Source of the DNA: Sphagnum compactum
Lineage: Eukaryota
NCBI GenBank assembly: GCA_965153455.1
Contig: OZ234493.1
Location: 992,001 to 1,056,000 of the forward strand
DNA: 64,000 nucleotides
Reading direction: 5' to 3'
The translations under genes were made by a program, and so were the position numbers. Each line of letters begins with the position of its first letter. The first letter of the stretch is position 1. Below the pieces are notes generated by a model that saw only the letters and a program-made list of their open reading frames with translations, was not told the origin of the DNA and searched no databases. Positions 38,912 through 51,429 of the stretch are shown here, one piece after another.

Positions 38912-41048
38912 TCAAGGCAACCAGCCACTCTCCTTCAAACTGGTTACTGTTTCACGAAGGACATCTTCTATGGGTTGGAAGTGTAGTCCAAGATCCTCTA
39001 ATTTGTGAGATGATAGAGTGAATGATGGAACCCTGGGTGCAGTCTCATCAGCATCCCTGTAAACCAACCAGTTCACCCATCAATCATCAACCCGAAAAGG
39101 AAAATAAAGAAAACTTATGCCAAAATAAAGTGATGTGGGTAGTTTGACCTACATCCATATCTAGCTTTTGGCAATATTTGGGTACTCAGGATGCTCAAGG
39201 TGCTATATATGCAAGGGAGAAAAGTACAACTTACTTGGCACAAATCGGATATGTAGGATACAACTTGGTTAAAATTGTGACAATGTCAGCAAAGTGAAGC
39301 ACAGGGCCCGAACATATGTAGCGACCATTTGAATGTGCAGACTCATATGCCAATATGTGTGCCATTGCCACATCCTTCACCCCCACAAACCCCCTTGCAG
39401 AATTTGGATATGTTTTGGTTGTCCCTGCGAATACAGTTCACAATGTAAAACAATTTGAGCAATTTCAAAATCAATTCAACAGAATTCTAAGACCAATTGT
39501 ACTTCAACAGATAAGTCAACTTCTAATACTTCCAACTGCAAAGTTATGTTCAAGATGCTTGCCATTGAGGTAGCCTAGTATGAATTCAGAGGTAAAGTTT
39601 TTGGAGCCTTGCAAAGCAGGACCAATAGTAAAGGATGGGTTGATGACCACCATCTCTAACCCTTTCTCCTCCACAAAATTCCATGCTTCCTTTTCTGCAA
39701 GTGTCTTTGACAATTGGTACCAATCCTACAACAAGCACATTATTAAAAAGAATTAATCCTTTGGAATTGCATCAAAGTGGAAGCCTATCCCCAACCATAT
39801 TGCAAGAGAAAGAAAACAGTAAGTCTCAGAAGTAGAAAGTTATCCAGGAGCATAGAGCATGATCTAGGTCCAAAAGATCAAAGGAAACCTTGTTTTTCCG
39901 GCAAAACTCTGGATCACTCCACCAGCTCTCATCAACAAAACTAGTGGATGTGAGATTAGGACTAGTGTAAACAGCTCCTGTGGATGATGTCAAGATCACC
40001 TTCTTAGTGCGTGCTTTTGCACATGACGCTAGCACATTCAGAGTTCCATCTACCGCGGGATCAATCAATTGTGCCTGCCATGTACACAATTCTTAAATAG
40101 GTAAATCACAATTCCATTTACCCATCTCCATTTCCTTCCTTGCATACCTCCTGATTCAACTTGGAAGCTAAATTGTTGTTATGTAGCTAAATATTTGGTA
40201 GGAAAAGCAAAATGTTTGGTATGAACCAGTGTTTTTTTTAAGATTTTTTATTTGTTGCCAAAGAAGCAATCATCCTGGGGAAGATGTAGCCAAATCTGGC
40301 TATTGACTAGATATGAAATACAAACCTTTAATCATCCTTCTACATCATTGGCTTCACACTCAAAACCAAATTTGTTTTTTTGGGCGATTTTAACTATTTT
40401 TTCCCCACACTTTTGGCTATTGAAAACCTTCAAAATCACTTATTTTCAATTTTTCCAAATTTTTATTTCGTTTTTTGGCGAAATTTCGCCAGCAAAAAAA
40501 AGGCGGGTATGAATTATGATCATGGACAAAAGAAACATTGCACAGATCTTTCAAAAGCGCCAACAAATTGGTTGAGTTGGGGTTGCAGTGGAAGAACAAA
40601 CCTGAGGATCTGTGACATATACAACAATTGGAGATGCAGTGTGGAATACACCATCACAACCCTGCACAACCTCATCAAAGCATCCAAGCTCCAATAGCTC
40701 AGCAGAAACAAGCTTCAGGCGGTCACTGGCACCTGGTAATTGCAGCAGATGCTTTGATTTCTCTGTCATGTCCAATCGTTCCCCCAACAACAACCCATTT
40801 TCTCACTACCCAATGATCTTCTAATTTCAAACAAAGGAAATCTGTGAAAACTAACGTTGGAAATCCTCGACAATTAATGATATGGGGTTTGAAGGTTCAT
40901 CATGAAAGGATTAAGAGAAAGCAGCTAGATAGTCACCTAGGTTACGAACGGTGCCTCGAACTGTATAGCCACGGTCAAGAAGGAACTTCACAAGCCAAGA
41001 TGCAATGAAGCCCGAAGCTCCAGTCACACACACCGTCTTGCCTGCCAT
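38912..41048 (-). CDS. Cinnamoyl-CoA reductase-like / DFR-like NAD(P)-dependent SDR, 6 exons, 318 aa
   Basis: Exons 41048-40937, 40762-40602, 40074-39889, 39725-39563, 39424-39235 and 39056-38912 total 957 nt, in frame. Motifs [32 protein letters not shown], catalytic WYQLSK, V.DVA.AHI and GRY.C. Confidence 0.93.
40227..40506. mobile_element. hAT-type MITE in intron 2 of the CCR-like gene
   Basis: CAGTGTTTTTTT ... GGCGAAATTTCGCC..AAAAAAAAGGCGG. Flanks GTATGAAC / GTATGAAT (7/8). Confidence 0.7.
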
Positions 41049-41126
41049 TTTGTTATTCGTTGTTGCATCGCAGCACAGCAGCTCCCAAGCCCACGTCCAA
41101 AGGAGCATCTCCACCCACCTCCAAAG

Positions 41127-41406
41127 CAGCGTTTTTATTGCTGGATATATATATATATAGCCAAAAAGCTATATTGAAAATAAAAAGTGCTAAATCAAGT
41201 GCCTTTATAGATTTTCAATAGCCATAACTTCATCAAAACTTAAGAAAATCGCCATATTTCTACACATGGTTTAAGTAGGTAGAGAGAAAGCTTTTTAAAG
41301 GATTTTTTAAAAATCGTATTTAGCTTGTAGCCAAATTTGGCTAAATCTTCCTCTGGATCATCACCACTTTGGCTAATCAAAAAAATGACCCTAAAAAAGA
41401 ACACTG
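41127..41406. mobile_element. hAT-type MITE about 80 bp upstream of the CCR-like start codon
   Basis: CAGCGTTTTT ... AAAAAAGAACACTG. Flanks CTCCAAAG / CTCCGAAG (7/8). Contains (TA)7 at about 41146-41159. Confidence 0.75.
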
Positions 41407-41438
41407 CTCCGAAGGTGCTGGGTCACTTTCACTTTGAA

Positions 41439-41883
41439 CTAGTGTCGCCTGTGCTGTTTGGCCCAAGTGTGAATGGTTACCCAATTAATTTTTTATTCCA
41501 AAATCCTTTTTTGATTTATGTAATTTAATGAATTTTCATTGAAAAAGAAATTAAAAATATAATATCTCTTGCACCTTAAGTCTAAAGAGTTCCAAAGTCA
41601 CCACCATTAAATCCTACTCACTAAGGCCTTTCTAACAATATAAAGAGTGTGCCCAAATTCCTCTTTAATTTTCAGTCTTGCTTTTAAGTGAATTTACAGT
41701 GGAAATTTTGTTCAATATTCAATAACTTTTTGATCGTCAGTCAAAACATTATGAAACCAACTCAGTGCACTCCTTCCTACTCGTCAAGGATTTTCCAATG
41801 GTACCAAGAGCACAGCCAGAGGCACCATGGTTTGAGAGATCTCAAGCAAAAAACAAACAAACTACCCTTTTTTCATAGATAGA
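41439..41883 (-). mobile_element. Short non-autonomous Helitron-like element
   Basis: Minus strand A|TCTATCTATG ... GGGCCAAACAGCACAGGCGACACTAG|T. Same family as 21086-21545. Confidence 0.6.
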
Positions 41884-42569
41884 TTTGAAGGACCTTACAA
41901 AAGTTGTCAATCCCAAAACCAAAGAAAAAAAAAAAGAAAGAAGAGATATCTTTCACTTTTGTAAGGTCCCTCCATTGGAAAAATTATTTACGTAAGGTAA
42001 AGTAACAATTCATGGGGCTCTTCCTGGAATTGGGGGCCAATTTGGGGGTTATGGCCTTAAAGCTATTGCTATTTTTGTAGCATATCCTGAGGGGATGTTA
42101 TCAAGAGAAATTTGAAATATTATGTTTTGGCTTGAATTTTTTTTCATGGGTAGCTAACTTGATCATGGTGAGGGCCCCATTATGAGGCATGCACTAATCC
42201 ATGTCAAAAAAAAATTGGCCTATGAAGCTTCAAATCCAACCTTTTAAGGCAACACTTGTCAGAAATGATACAAGCTTAATTTAGCTTTATTATCTCATCA
42301 TCGGTTGCTTGATTTTGGCTGAAATTTTAGTCAAAGAACTACGAGCATGTAAAACTTTCAATCTAATGATTGGATTTATAATCTTATAAATGGATGTGTA
42401 TGTTCCAACAATTTTTTTTGATAAAATGGTTGTGAAAAAAGCTTAGGCCCTTAGGGGTTAAGTTGGAGGACAGGGGTTACATGAGTTGAGTCTTCCCCAA
42501 TTTGCCAAGATTTGACACTATAGCTCAAAGTGGGGGTCAGTTATTGGGCTCTCTTTCTTATGGTGTTTC

Positions 42570-42721
42570 TGGTTCCAGTTCTCCTAAAGTCAGTTCTCAC
42601 ATGAGTGTGAACCTTAAAGCCAATTCTCAGCTCAGTTTTCACACAAAATGAGAACAGTCGGTTCTCAATGTGAGAACCGAGCTGAGAACTGGGTGACCCT
42701 GTGAAAACCGCCCAACACTAG
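42570..42721 (+). mobile_element. Terminal fragment of the 13478-18348 hAT family
   Basis: Cluster of GTTCTCA/TGAGAAC repeats ending in the TIR AAAACCGCCCAACACTA. The other end was not found. Confidence 0.6.
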
Positions 42722-43909
42722 TTTTGGGCTCCTTGCCTCTGACCTTTGGGCTTTGTTTCTTTCTTTGCTTGCAAGTAAGTTTGTCTTCTTCATTTGTGCC
42801 AACAAAACAAAACATTTAAAAATTGGGGGTACTGCAACAGTGCACATGGAAATTAGTTCTAGGATTAGTATACCTTATTGATTCTGTAGTGCACTTTACA
42901 CAAAGGCACTTGAAACTTTTGCAGACCTACTGCCGTTCTATTTTTTTATAAAATTTAGGCTAAAATAAGATTATGTAATATGCCCCACCTTGATGTAGCC
43001 AGGTGTGGACCAATTCAGAAGAAATGAGAATCTCAAAACAATGCTCACACGAGTCAGAATGACAGCAACAAAATTAATCCTCAACTTTAGGTACTATTTA
43101 TTATTAACACCACCAGCTTACAATTAAGTTCATAGGAATTACTAATAATTTATTTATGTGTAAGGTTAAGCACAAGGGTCATTACATTACCAAAATAAGG
43201 GCCCACATGAGTTGGCAGCCGAGTGCTGCCCAATTTCTGTAATGTCCTTGCCTGCATTTACCGAGTGTAGAGAGGACCTCAATTGTTTTTTGAAACTTTT
43301 TATGTCCTTGCCTGCGTTTACAGAGTGCAAAGTGAGACCTCAATTTATTTATTTTAATCTTTTTTCCTCATGATATCACATATCAAGAAAAAAACATAAA
43401 TATTATAGAGAACAAAGACACAATGCTAAGGTTTAAGAAAATGGACTGCTAGCAGGAGTGGAACTTTCCATTTTCAAAAGGCCCAATTGGGTTTCACACT
43501 CTGCAAGTATTTTCTAGATACATAGAGAAATCGGAGGGTCTTTGGGAATGGAGTTATTGACCTCTCTCCAAATTCAAGCATATCTGAGGCTCTGGACACT
43601 GCCTAAGGTGACTCTCTGTTCCTGAACCCTCATTTTCTTAGTGGCCACAATACATGTTAGATTTGGACTCAGAGATCCTGACATAGTCTAAGCATGGGAT
43701 ATTTATAATATTTAAAAGTATTAAAATTAATTTTGGGGTTTTTACTTGTGTTGTTTCCATTTTTATTTTATTACGTTCCAATGGTGATTGTAACAAAATT
43801 TGAAATCTTTGATCTAAAGACCCTAAAACCTTAACCTATAGCTTAGACTTGAACCTACTTAAATCTTAGAACTTGCAATCTTTGATTTATTCATTTATTT
43901 TCGAAATTT

Positions 43910-44066
43910 CAGACCTAACAAGCTATTGGCAACCCCCAAGGCAAGCTTGGTGACAAAGGGTTGATCAGACTTTTCACCTGCACACCTGTGGGTTTGAACC
44001 CATAACGTTTTTTAGGTCCCAGGGCCCCAGATAGGGCTATACCACTGAGCCATCACCCCTGGGGAC
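43910..44066 (-). mobile_element. tRNA-derived SINE-like sequence
   Basis: Minus strand has A box TGGCTCAGTGG (44052-44042) and B box GGTTCAAACC (44000-43991) at tRNA-like spacing, but no complete cloverleaf. 3' end and TSD not found. Confidence 0.55.
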
Positions 44067-45549
44067 CAAACTCTGGATTTCACCATTTTACCAGTGGAGG
44101 TGCTGGTTTGCCTGGGGCATTCCATAGCTAAGAGCATCTCCGCCCCAAAACTGTAAACACCTCCTTTATGTTAAAATAGAATAGTGTTTAATGATCATAG
44201 TCCCCACCCACAAACATTATAAAAGTCCCTTTAAACCAATGTTTTTTTTTCCCCCTAATTATCAACAATTTTTGACCTGAAAAAGGCCCTGGCCACTTGT
44301 ACAAAAGGATCTAGGTTAAATTTTTCATAAAAATTCACCAGAAAATCTAAGCTTTACATTTGGATGTGCCTAATAGCATCATGAATTTTCATAGGATCGC
44401 CACCCCAACTAGGATTGTTGATGGGGCATTGCCAAATAGCATGATCCTCAGTCATCAAGGTCGTCGAGCGACCACATCTGGGCCATTGAAAGAGCTTGTT
44501 TGCAATCGTCATCTCTCATGATTCGTCACCTCCATTCTCCTTATCTACTACCAAGCTCACCAGCTTCTTGTTCCTCTCTATGTTTTGCTCTCACCAAAAG
44601 ATTGTGAGTTACCTTTGAGCTTCACCAACTTTTCGCTCATCTCTATGCTCTACTCTTGCCAGAAGACTATGAGCTACCTTTGAGATTCACTAACTTCACC
44701 ATAGTCCATGCCCTTTGCTCGCCAACCGTTCTTTGTAGTTCTGTTGTGTTCAACTTGTTATTGGTCTCAAGCTTTAGCAGAAGGAGAAGGGTTACTCTAG
44801 CATTCAATGGAATATCAATTTTCGTTTTGTTGTGATCTAGTGGGAGATGGAGGTTGCAAGAATTATGAACATCCAACTTTTATTGTGTTTAATTTCTTGC
44901 CCAGCCTCCAAGTGAGCAACCCTAGTTTTCAATATAGTTTTGATGTTTAGATTTCTTGTGCAATTTGTATGGGATAGAGTACTAATCACTCAATGAAGGA
45001 TTTGATTTATGAGCGAAAGTGAGCAATGAGCATCTCGCATTTCTAAGTAATTTTAGATGTTACACAACCTTTGTATTTAAGAAAATATTATCAAGCTTGA
45101 AAGTCTAGAATTTGAACTTGAAAAGCTTTTGAGTTATCTTTTTCAGTTTTGGTTTTTTGTTGTTTGAAGAGGCTTCAGCTTTGTTTGAGTCATCTTGTTA
45201 ATTTTTTCATTTTTTCCTCTCTCACAATGCCTCTTGAACTTCCGCCATCATACAAGTTCCGATATTTCTTCTTTAGAAGAAACCCAAGTATTGGCAGTCC
45301 TTTTGTGCGTCTTGATCATGATCCAAATTTTTTACCTCCATTTGGTTGCGTCAATCCTACTCATGTTGCATCTTCTTATAGCTACGTTGATCTTGCTCAT
45401 ATTGCATCTTCTAGCTGCGTCAATCCTACTCGTATTGCATCGTCTAGTTACATTGATCCAAATGTTGTTGTGTCTTCTACAATTAGTTCGAATCCAAAGG
45501 GGAAAAAACCAATTGTTGATAACCATGCAAATCTTTCCATCCCTTGTTG

Positions 45550-46460
45550 ATCCAATCTCAAGGAAACAAAACTACAATCGCATTAAGAAATTCTAGTATT
45601 TGTGGGCAACTAAATTACCTTGGGCAAAAATGTGTCTAAGGTCAAATGGGTTGTTATATAATGTTAAGTGCAAGATATGTAATCAGGTGGAAGAAAAGAC
45701 GAGCTACTTGCTCCTAAATGGGATTCACTTTGCAAGCATGAAGGTTATAAGAAAGCTAAGAAAAATATTGGTTTAGTGAAGAAGGGGGAGTGGCACTACA
45801 CAAAGTCTTGCAAGCATGTAAGGAATCATGTTGAGCTTGCTAGTCGTAGTTGTCAAACAATTGCCCAACAAGTAGCAAATCGTATAGTTGGAGAGAAAGC
45901 AAGGAGAGTAGTGTACTTCACCATTGTTTTGCATATGTTACACCAAGGTCATCCTATGCTTGAGTATGAGTCCATGAAGGTGTTGTTTGAGTTTTTGGTA
46001 GTTCCAAGAAATAGGAAGAAGCATTAGACCAACATTTTTGGTTGGCAAATGGTGGAATTTATGCACCAATAGATGATGGTTGTAACTAAAGCAACAGTTA
46101 TAGCTACACAATATGTTTCTATCAGCTTTGATGAGGTCTCCACCCTAAACAACCAATCGTTGTTATCGGTTCATTACTATGTCATGGAAAATTGGGTAAG
46201 AATCCCTATTTTAATTTCCTTTCATCATGTTTTGGAAGGATTTGGTTCTCACCAAAATGATCATGGAGGCATTGACCATAGGGGGAAGTATGCCTAAAGA
46301 TCAAGTTGTTAGCAAATTAATGAGTTTTGGAGCAAATGACATCAATGTTTTTCAAAGCACCAAGTCTGGTGTCACCAAGCAAATTCAAGATGATTATGCA
46401 CCCTTCTCCACAAGTGTGCATTGTATGGCACATCATACGAACCTAGCAATGATTGTTTTG
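45550..46460 (+). pseudogene. hAT-like (ZNF862/TTF-type) transposase remnant
   Basis: Broken frames give KLPWA...VKCKIC...PKWDSLCKH...EWHYTKSCKH...GHPMLEYE...ISFDEVSTLNNQS...VHCMAHHTNLA (catalytic DE and CxxH motifs). Confidence 0.75.
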
Positions 46461-46927
46461 TTGATTCATAAATTATTTTTACATGTTTGCAAGTAAGATC
46501 ATATTGTTCCAAGAAATATTGTAATTTATATAAATAAAATTTTTTTTGTCATAGTCACCAAATGTTAGTGAAGATATTGGTCATCTGTCTCCACCTCTAA
46601 CTTGGCATATATTTCAAATCATTGTAAATATATTTGAATTGCACCTTCAATGGATAATTTGATGGAATGTGATTCTAATGGGGCTTTGGAATTGTCTATG
46701 TTTGTTTCCAACATTAGAATGGAAGTATGTAAAGGTTTAGATTGTTTTGTCTAATTTCTAATGAAATATGAAAAAAAACCCCATAACATGTTATTAATAA
46801 TGTTAAATCCACGGTTTAAAGATATTTCATGATTTATTTTTATTGGTCAAGAACAAAGTGTTTTCATTATGGAAGATTATGATAAACGGTATTTATTTTC
46901 AATGTTCTTGAAATGACACCATATATT

Positions 46928-49900
46928 CACTAGTACAAAGTGGGGTGTAATTCATTAGCCTAAATCACTATGGGGCTTTAAAAGTGAAATAAGTTCATTT
47001 CATTTTTGTGATTTCACCCCATTAAAGTTATTTCATTACAATATCACTATGTAAACATCGTGTTTCATTGCTAGTTGACATAATTCACTATTATAATTTA
47101 CTGTGGTAAATAGATTTATTTTTATGTTGTTGTTTTAAATAACCCATGCTACTTTATGATATACCCTATATTATTTTAAGCTACTTTAGTTATTCTAACT
47201 TATACCATGAGTTATTATAAATTATTATATGTTATTCTACCTTAAATTATCCTAACTAGTTTATTATAATCTTTTTATTTAAAATTATTTTATATTAAAT
47301 TATTCAACTAACCTTAGGCTATACCTTAGGTTATTTTATTTTAAGTTGATATATGTTATTTCAAGTTATATTTTAGGTTATTCAAGGTCATTTTACTTTA
47401 TGTTATGATAAATTATTTCATTACACCAAAATGCATCCTAGTTCATCATGGGTTTCACTAGATTTTGAGTGAATTTGAACATTTTTACCATGGTGAAATT
47501 AGTCAACCCCCTAGTGAATAAGGACTAGTTGCTACAAAAAGTGAATTAGTTCACTAATACGTAGTGAAACAAAATTACTTTTAAGTGAAATACAAATTTA
47601 CCAAGTCATTCACTTGTTAGTTAATTAATTAAGCAGCATAGAAGTCAATTAAATTTAAATTATTTAATATATAATATTATTGATAATTTTCTATTTTTTA
47701 GCTTATGAATTATTGACATGTGTCACTACCTAGGCTAGGTTAAAACCTAACCTAGGTACATAGGCCATGTAATCAACCTATGCACATATTCTAGGAATCT
47801 AGATAGGAAAATATTCAGTCTACTTACCACTGTTGACCACACACACATCACTTGTGAATTTTGATCCCTTGACTTTTAAAATAGAAGCAAACACCCCTAC
47901 CATCAAGCCACCACACTTGTTGTGATAATGTGTTACATTGTATTATATTTATCAAATAGTTCATTTTAAACATTACAAAAATATAAACTTTGAAAATTCA
48001 TATCTTATTGAAATTTTGTCCAAGTGAAATGATTAAATTTTAATTTAGTTTTTTTTCAATAATGTACATAATTACATTTATTTCCTTTTGAAAGTGTACA
48101 ATCATTTGAACAAAAAAAATATTGAATGTCATTATTCAATAACATTTCAATGACCATTTTTTTGAAAAAGAAAATGTTTAATACATAGATAATATTTTTG
48201 TTAATATAATAATATTACCTATGTGAGGTTACTTTTAGCTATTACAGGTCTACTTTTCATTAATCTAAATTATTTCATCTTACATTATTTAAAGCTATTT
48301 ATGGTTATTCTCAATTACTTTTGGCTATTAAAATCTATTTCATCTTATGCCATTATTGACGATTCTAAGCTATTGTAGGTTATTTCACCTTAAGTTACTT
48401 TTGTCTATTGTAAATTATTTCACCTTAGATTATTTTTGGCAATTCTAGGCAATTATAATATATGGTTATTGGAGGTTATTTTATTGGTGGGTGACTAGTG
48501 GTGGTTATTGTACTAATGGCTATTGGTGGATATTGGTGACTATTGATGGTTATTTTATTGGTGGCTATTAGTGGCTATTAATGGCTATTGGTGGTTATTT
48601 TATTGGTGGTTATAAATGGTTATTGGTAGTTATTCTATTGGTGGTTATTGTTGATTATTTTAAGTTATATTATATTTATTGGTGGCTATTACATTATAAG
48701 TTATTGTTGATTATTCTATGTTATATTATGATAATTGGTGATTATTATTTTCTAAGTTATTGTTGGATATTTTAAGTTATATCATCAGAAACTATTGGTA
48801 ATTATTCTATTGTAGGTTATTTCAAATTATTTTTCATAGGTTATTATTGGTTATTCTAGGTTATTTTGCCTTAGGTCATTATTATTTTTTTAGATTAATT
48901 CAAATTATTATACTTAGGATAAAAAAATTTATAATAACATAAAATAGAATGGCCTTGAATAACCTAAAATATAATTTGAAATAACATATATTAACTTAAA
49001 ATAAAATAATCTAAGGTATAGCCTAAGATTATTTAAATAATTTAATTTTAAATAATTTTAAAATTTATAATAAGTTAGTTATGATACCTTAAGGTAAACA
49101 AATATATTATATTAAGGTATTATATTTTATAATAACATAAGATATAAGTTAAAATAAATAAAATAACTTAAAATAATATAAGGTTATATCATAAAGTAAC
49201 GTATATAAGGTATTCAAAACAACATATAAATAAACCTATTTACTATAGTAAATTATAATAATGAATTATGTCAATTACTAGTGAAACACAATGTTTACAT
49301 AATGATATTATAGGGAAATAGCTTTAGCCAGGGTGAAATCATTAAAATGCAATGAATTTATTTCACTTTTAAGGTCCCATAGTTATTTAGGCTAATGAAC
49401 CGCACCCCATTTTTGTAGTAATATTTTATCTTAAATATAAAAATTTAAAATAATGTAAAATAAAATATAATGGCCTAAGGTAAAAATAGATTATAATAAC
49501 CTATAATAACCTATGAAAAATAATTTAGAATAACCTACAATAAAATACCTACCAATAGCTTATGATAATATAATTTAAAATATCCAACAATAGCTTATAA
49601 TAAAATAGCCACCAATAAAAAAACTATTAATAACCACCAGTAAAAAAACCATTAAAGATGATTAATGGAATAATTATTAGTAGTCATTAATAAAATAATC
49701 ACCAATAGTCATTAATATAATAGCCACTAATAATCATTAATACAATAGCCATCAATAACCACCAATAAAATAAACATTAATAGCTACCAATATATATTAA
49801 TATAATAACCATTAATACTCAATAATAAAATAGCTACTAATAGCCATTAATAAAATATATCCACCAATAGTCGTTAATAGAATAACCAATAATAGCCACT

Positions 49901-50955
49901 AATAGAATAACCATAAATAATCTATGGTAATATAACTTAAAATAGCCAATAGCAACATAAGGTGAAATAACTTTCAATAGTCAAAAGTAAGCAACAATAG
50001 CCTCACATAATCGAAAATAACCTAAGATGAAATAACTATAAATAACAATAAATAATTATATAAATAATTATAAGTTGTGTAGGGCGAAATAACTTAGAAT
50101 AATGAAAAATATCCCTAAAATAGTTAAAAGTAGCATAACATAAGTAATATTATTATATTAGCAAAAATGATCCATTTATTAAACTTTTTTTTCAAAAGAA
50201 TGGTCGTTGAAATGTTATTGAATAGTGGTATTCAAAAATACATTTGTTCAAATGATTTTACACTTTCAAAAGGAAATAAATGTAATTAAGTACATTATTG
50301 AAAAAAAAATTGAACTAAATTTTAATCATTTCATTTGGACAAAATCTCAATAAGATATGAATTTTTTTAATTTATGTTTTTGTTATGTTTAAAATGAAGT
50401 ATTTGATAAATAAAATGCAATGTAACACATTATCACATTAAGTGTGGTGGCTTGATGGTAGAGGTGTTTATTTTCGTCCTAAAGGTCAAGGGATCAAACC
50501 TCAGTAATGGTGTGTTTGTGGTCAACAATGGTAACTTGACCTAATATTCTCCTATGTAGTTCTTTAAAGTAGGTGTTTGCTTAAGTTGATTATATAGCCT
50601 ATGTACCTAGGTTAGGTTTTTAACCTAACATAGGTAGTGATACGTGTCAATAATTCATAGCTAAAAATTATGAAATTATCAATAATATTAAACTTTATAT
50701 TAAATTTAAATTAATTTAAATTTAAATAATTTGTATATTGCCTAGTTAATTAACTAGCAAGTGAAATGGTTTAGTAAATTTGTATTTCACTAGAAAGTAA
50801 CCTTGTTTCATTAGATACTAGATGATCAATTTAATATCTGTAGCAATTAATTCCCATTCATTAGAGGTTGACCGGTTTCATCATGGTAAAAATATCCAAA
50901 TTCACTCAAAATCTAATAAAACCTAGAGTGAACTACGATGCATTTTGGTGTAATG
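46928..50955 (+). mobile_element. Non-autonomous CACTA-type element (about 2 kb net), split by an inverted copy of itself
   Basis: ATT|CACTAGTACAAA ... TTTTGGTGTAATG|ATT gives a 3-bp TSD and CACTA-like termini. AT-rich interior with GGTGGTTATT-type simple repeats. No ORF. Confidence 0.85.
47419..49423 (-). mobile_element. Second copy of the same CACTA element, inverted, nested in the first
   Basis: TTT|CATTACACCAAAATGCATC ... CCCCATTTTTGTAGTAATA|TTT. 47419-48900 mirrors 49430-50955 and 48920-49423 mirrors 46928-47415. Excising it restores a junction matching the intact copy. Confidence 0.85.
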
Positions 50956-51429
50956 ATTACACCTTATAATAAAATCTAAAATTGTGATAATTCAACTAAA
51001 TGATGAGAATTCCTATCTTGACTTTTTAAAGATGGTTGCTAAGACTACTAAACCAACAAAGGAATTGATGAATAGGGAATTATAAATATTTAGGCAATAC
51101 CAAGTTGATGCAAAGGACATTAACTATCCTATGGAGTGTTATGGAAAAATGTGAATCCTTGTTTTCAATTATTGTTTTCCTTGCTCATAAAATCCTTGGG
51201 ATTGTGGGATCCCAAATTGAAATTGAATTTTTCTTTCTTTACAAATTTGAAGAGATGTAGGTTACAATCATATAATTTAGATAAATTAATATTTATAACT
51301 AAAAACTAGTCTAATGATCTTAAGGTGGGTTGCATTTTGCCCTTCAACATGATTGAGTTGATTGAAAATGATGGGTTTTTATTGAAAAAATTAAAAGAAT
51401 ACAACAGCAAGTTTGAGTGAGATGAGCTT

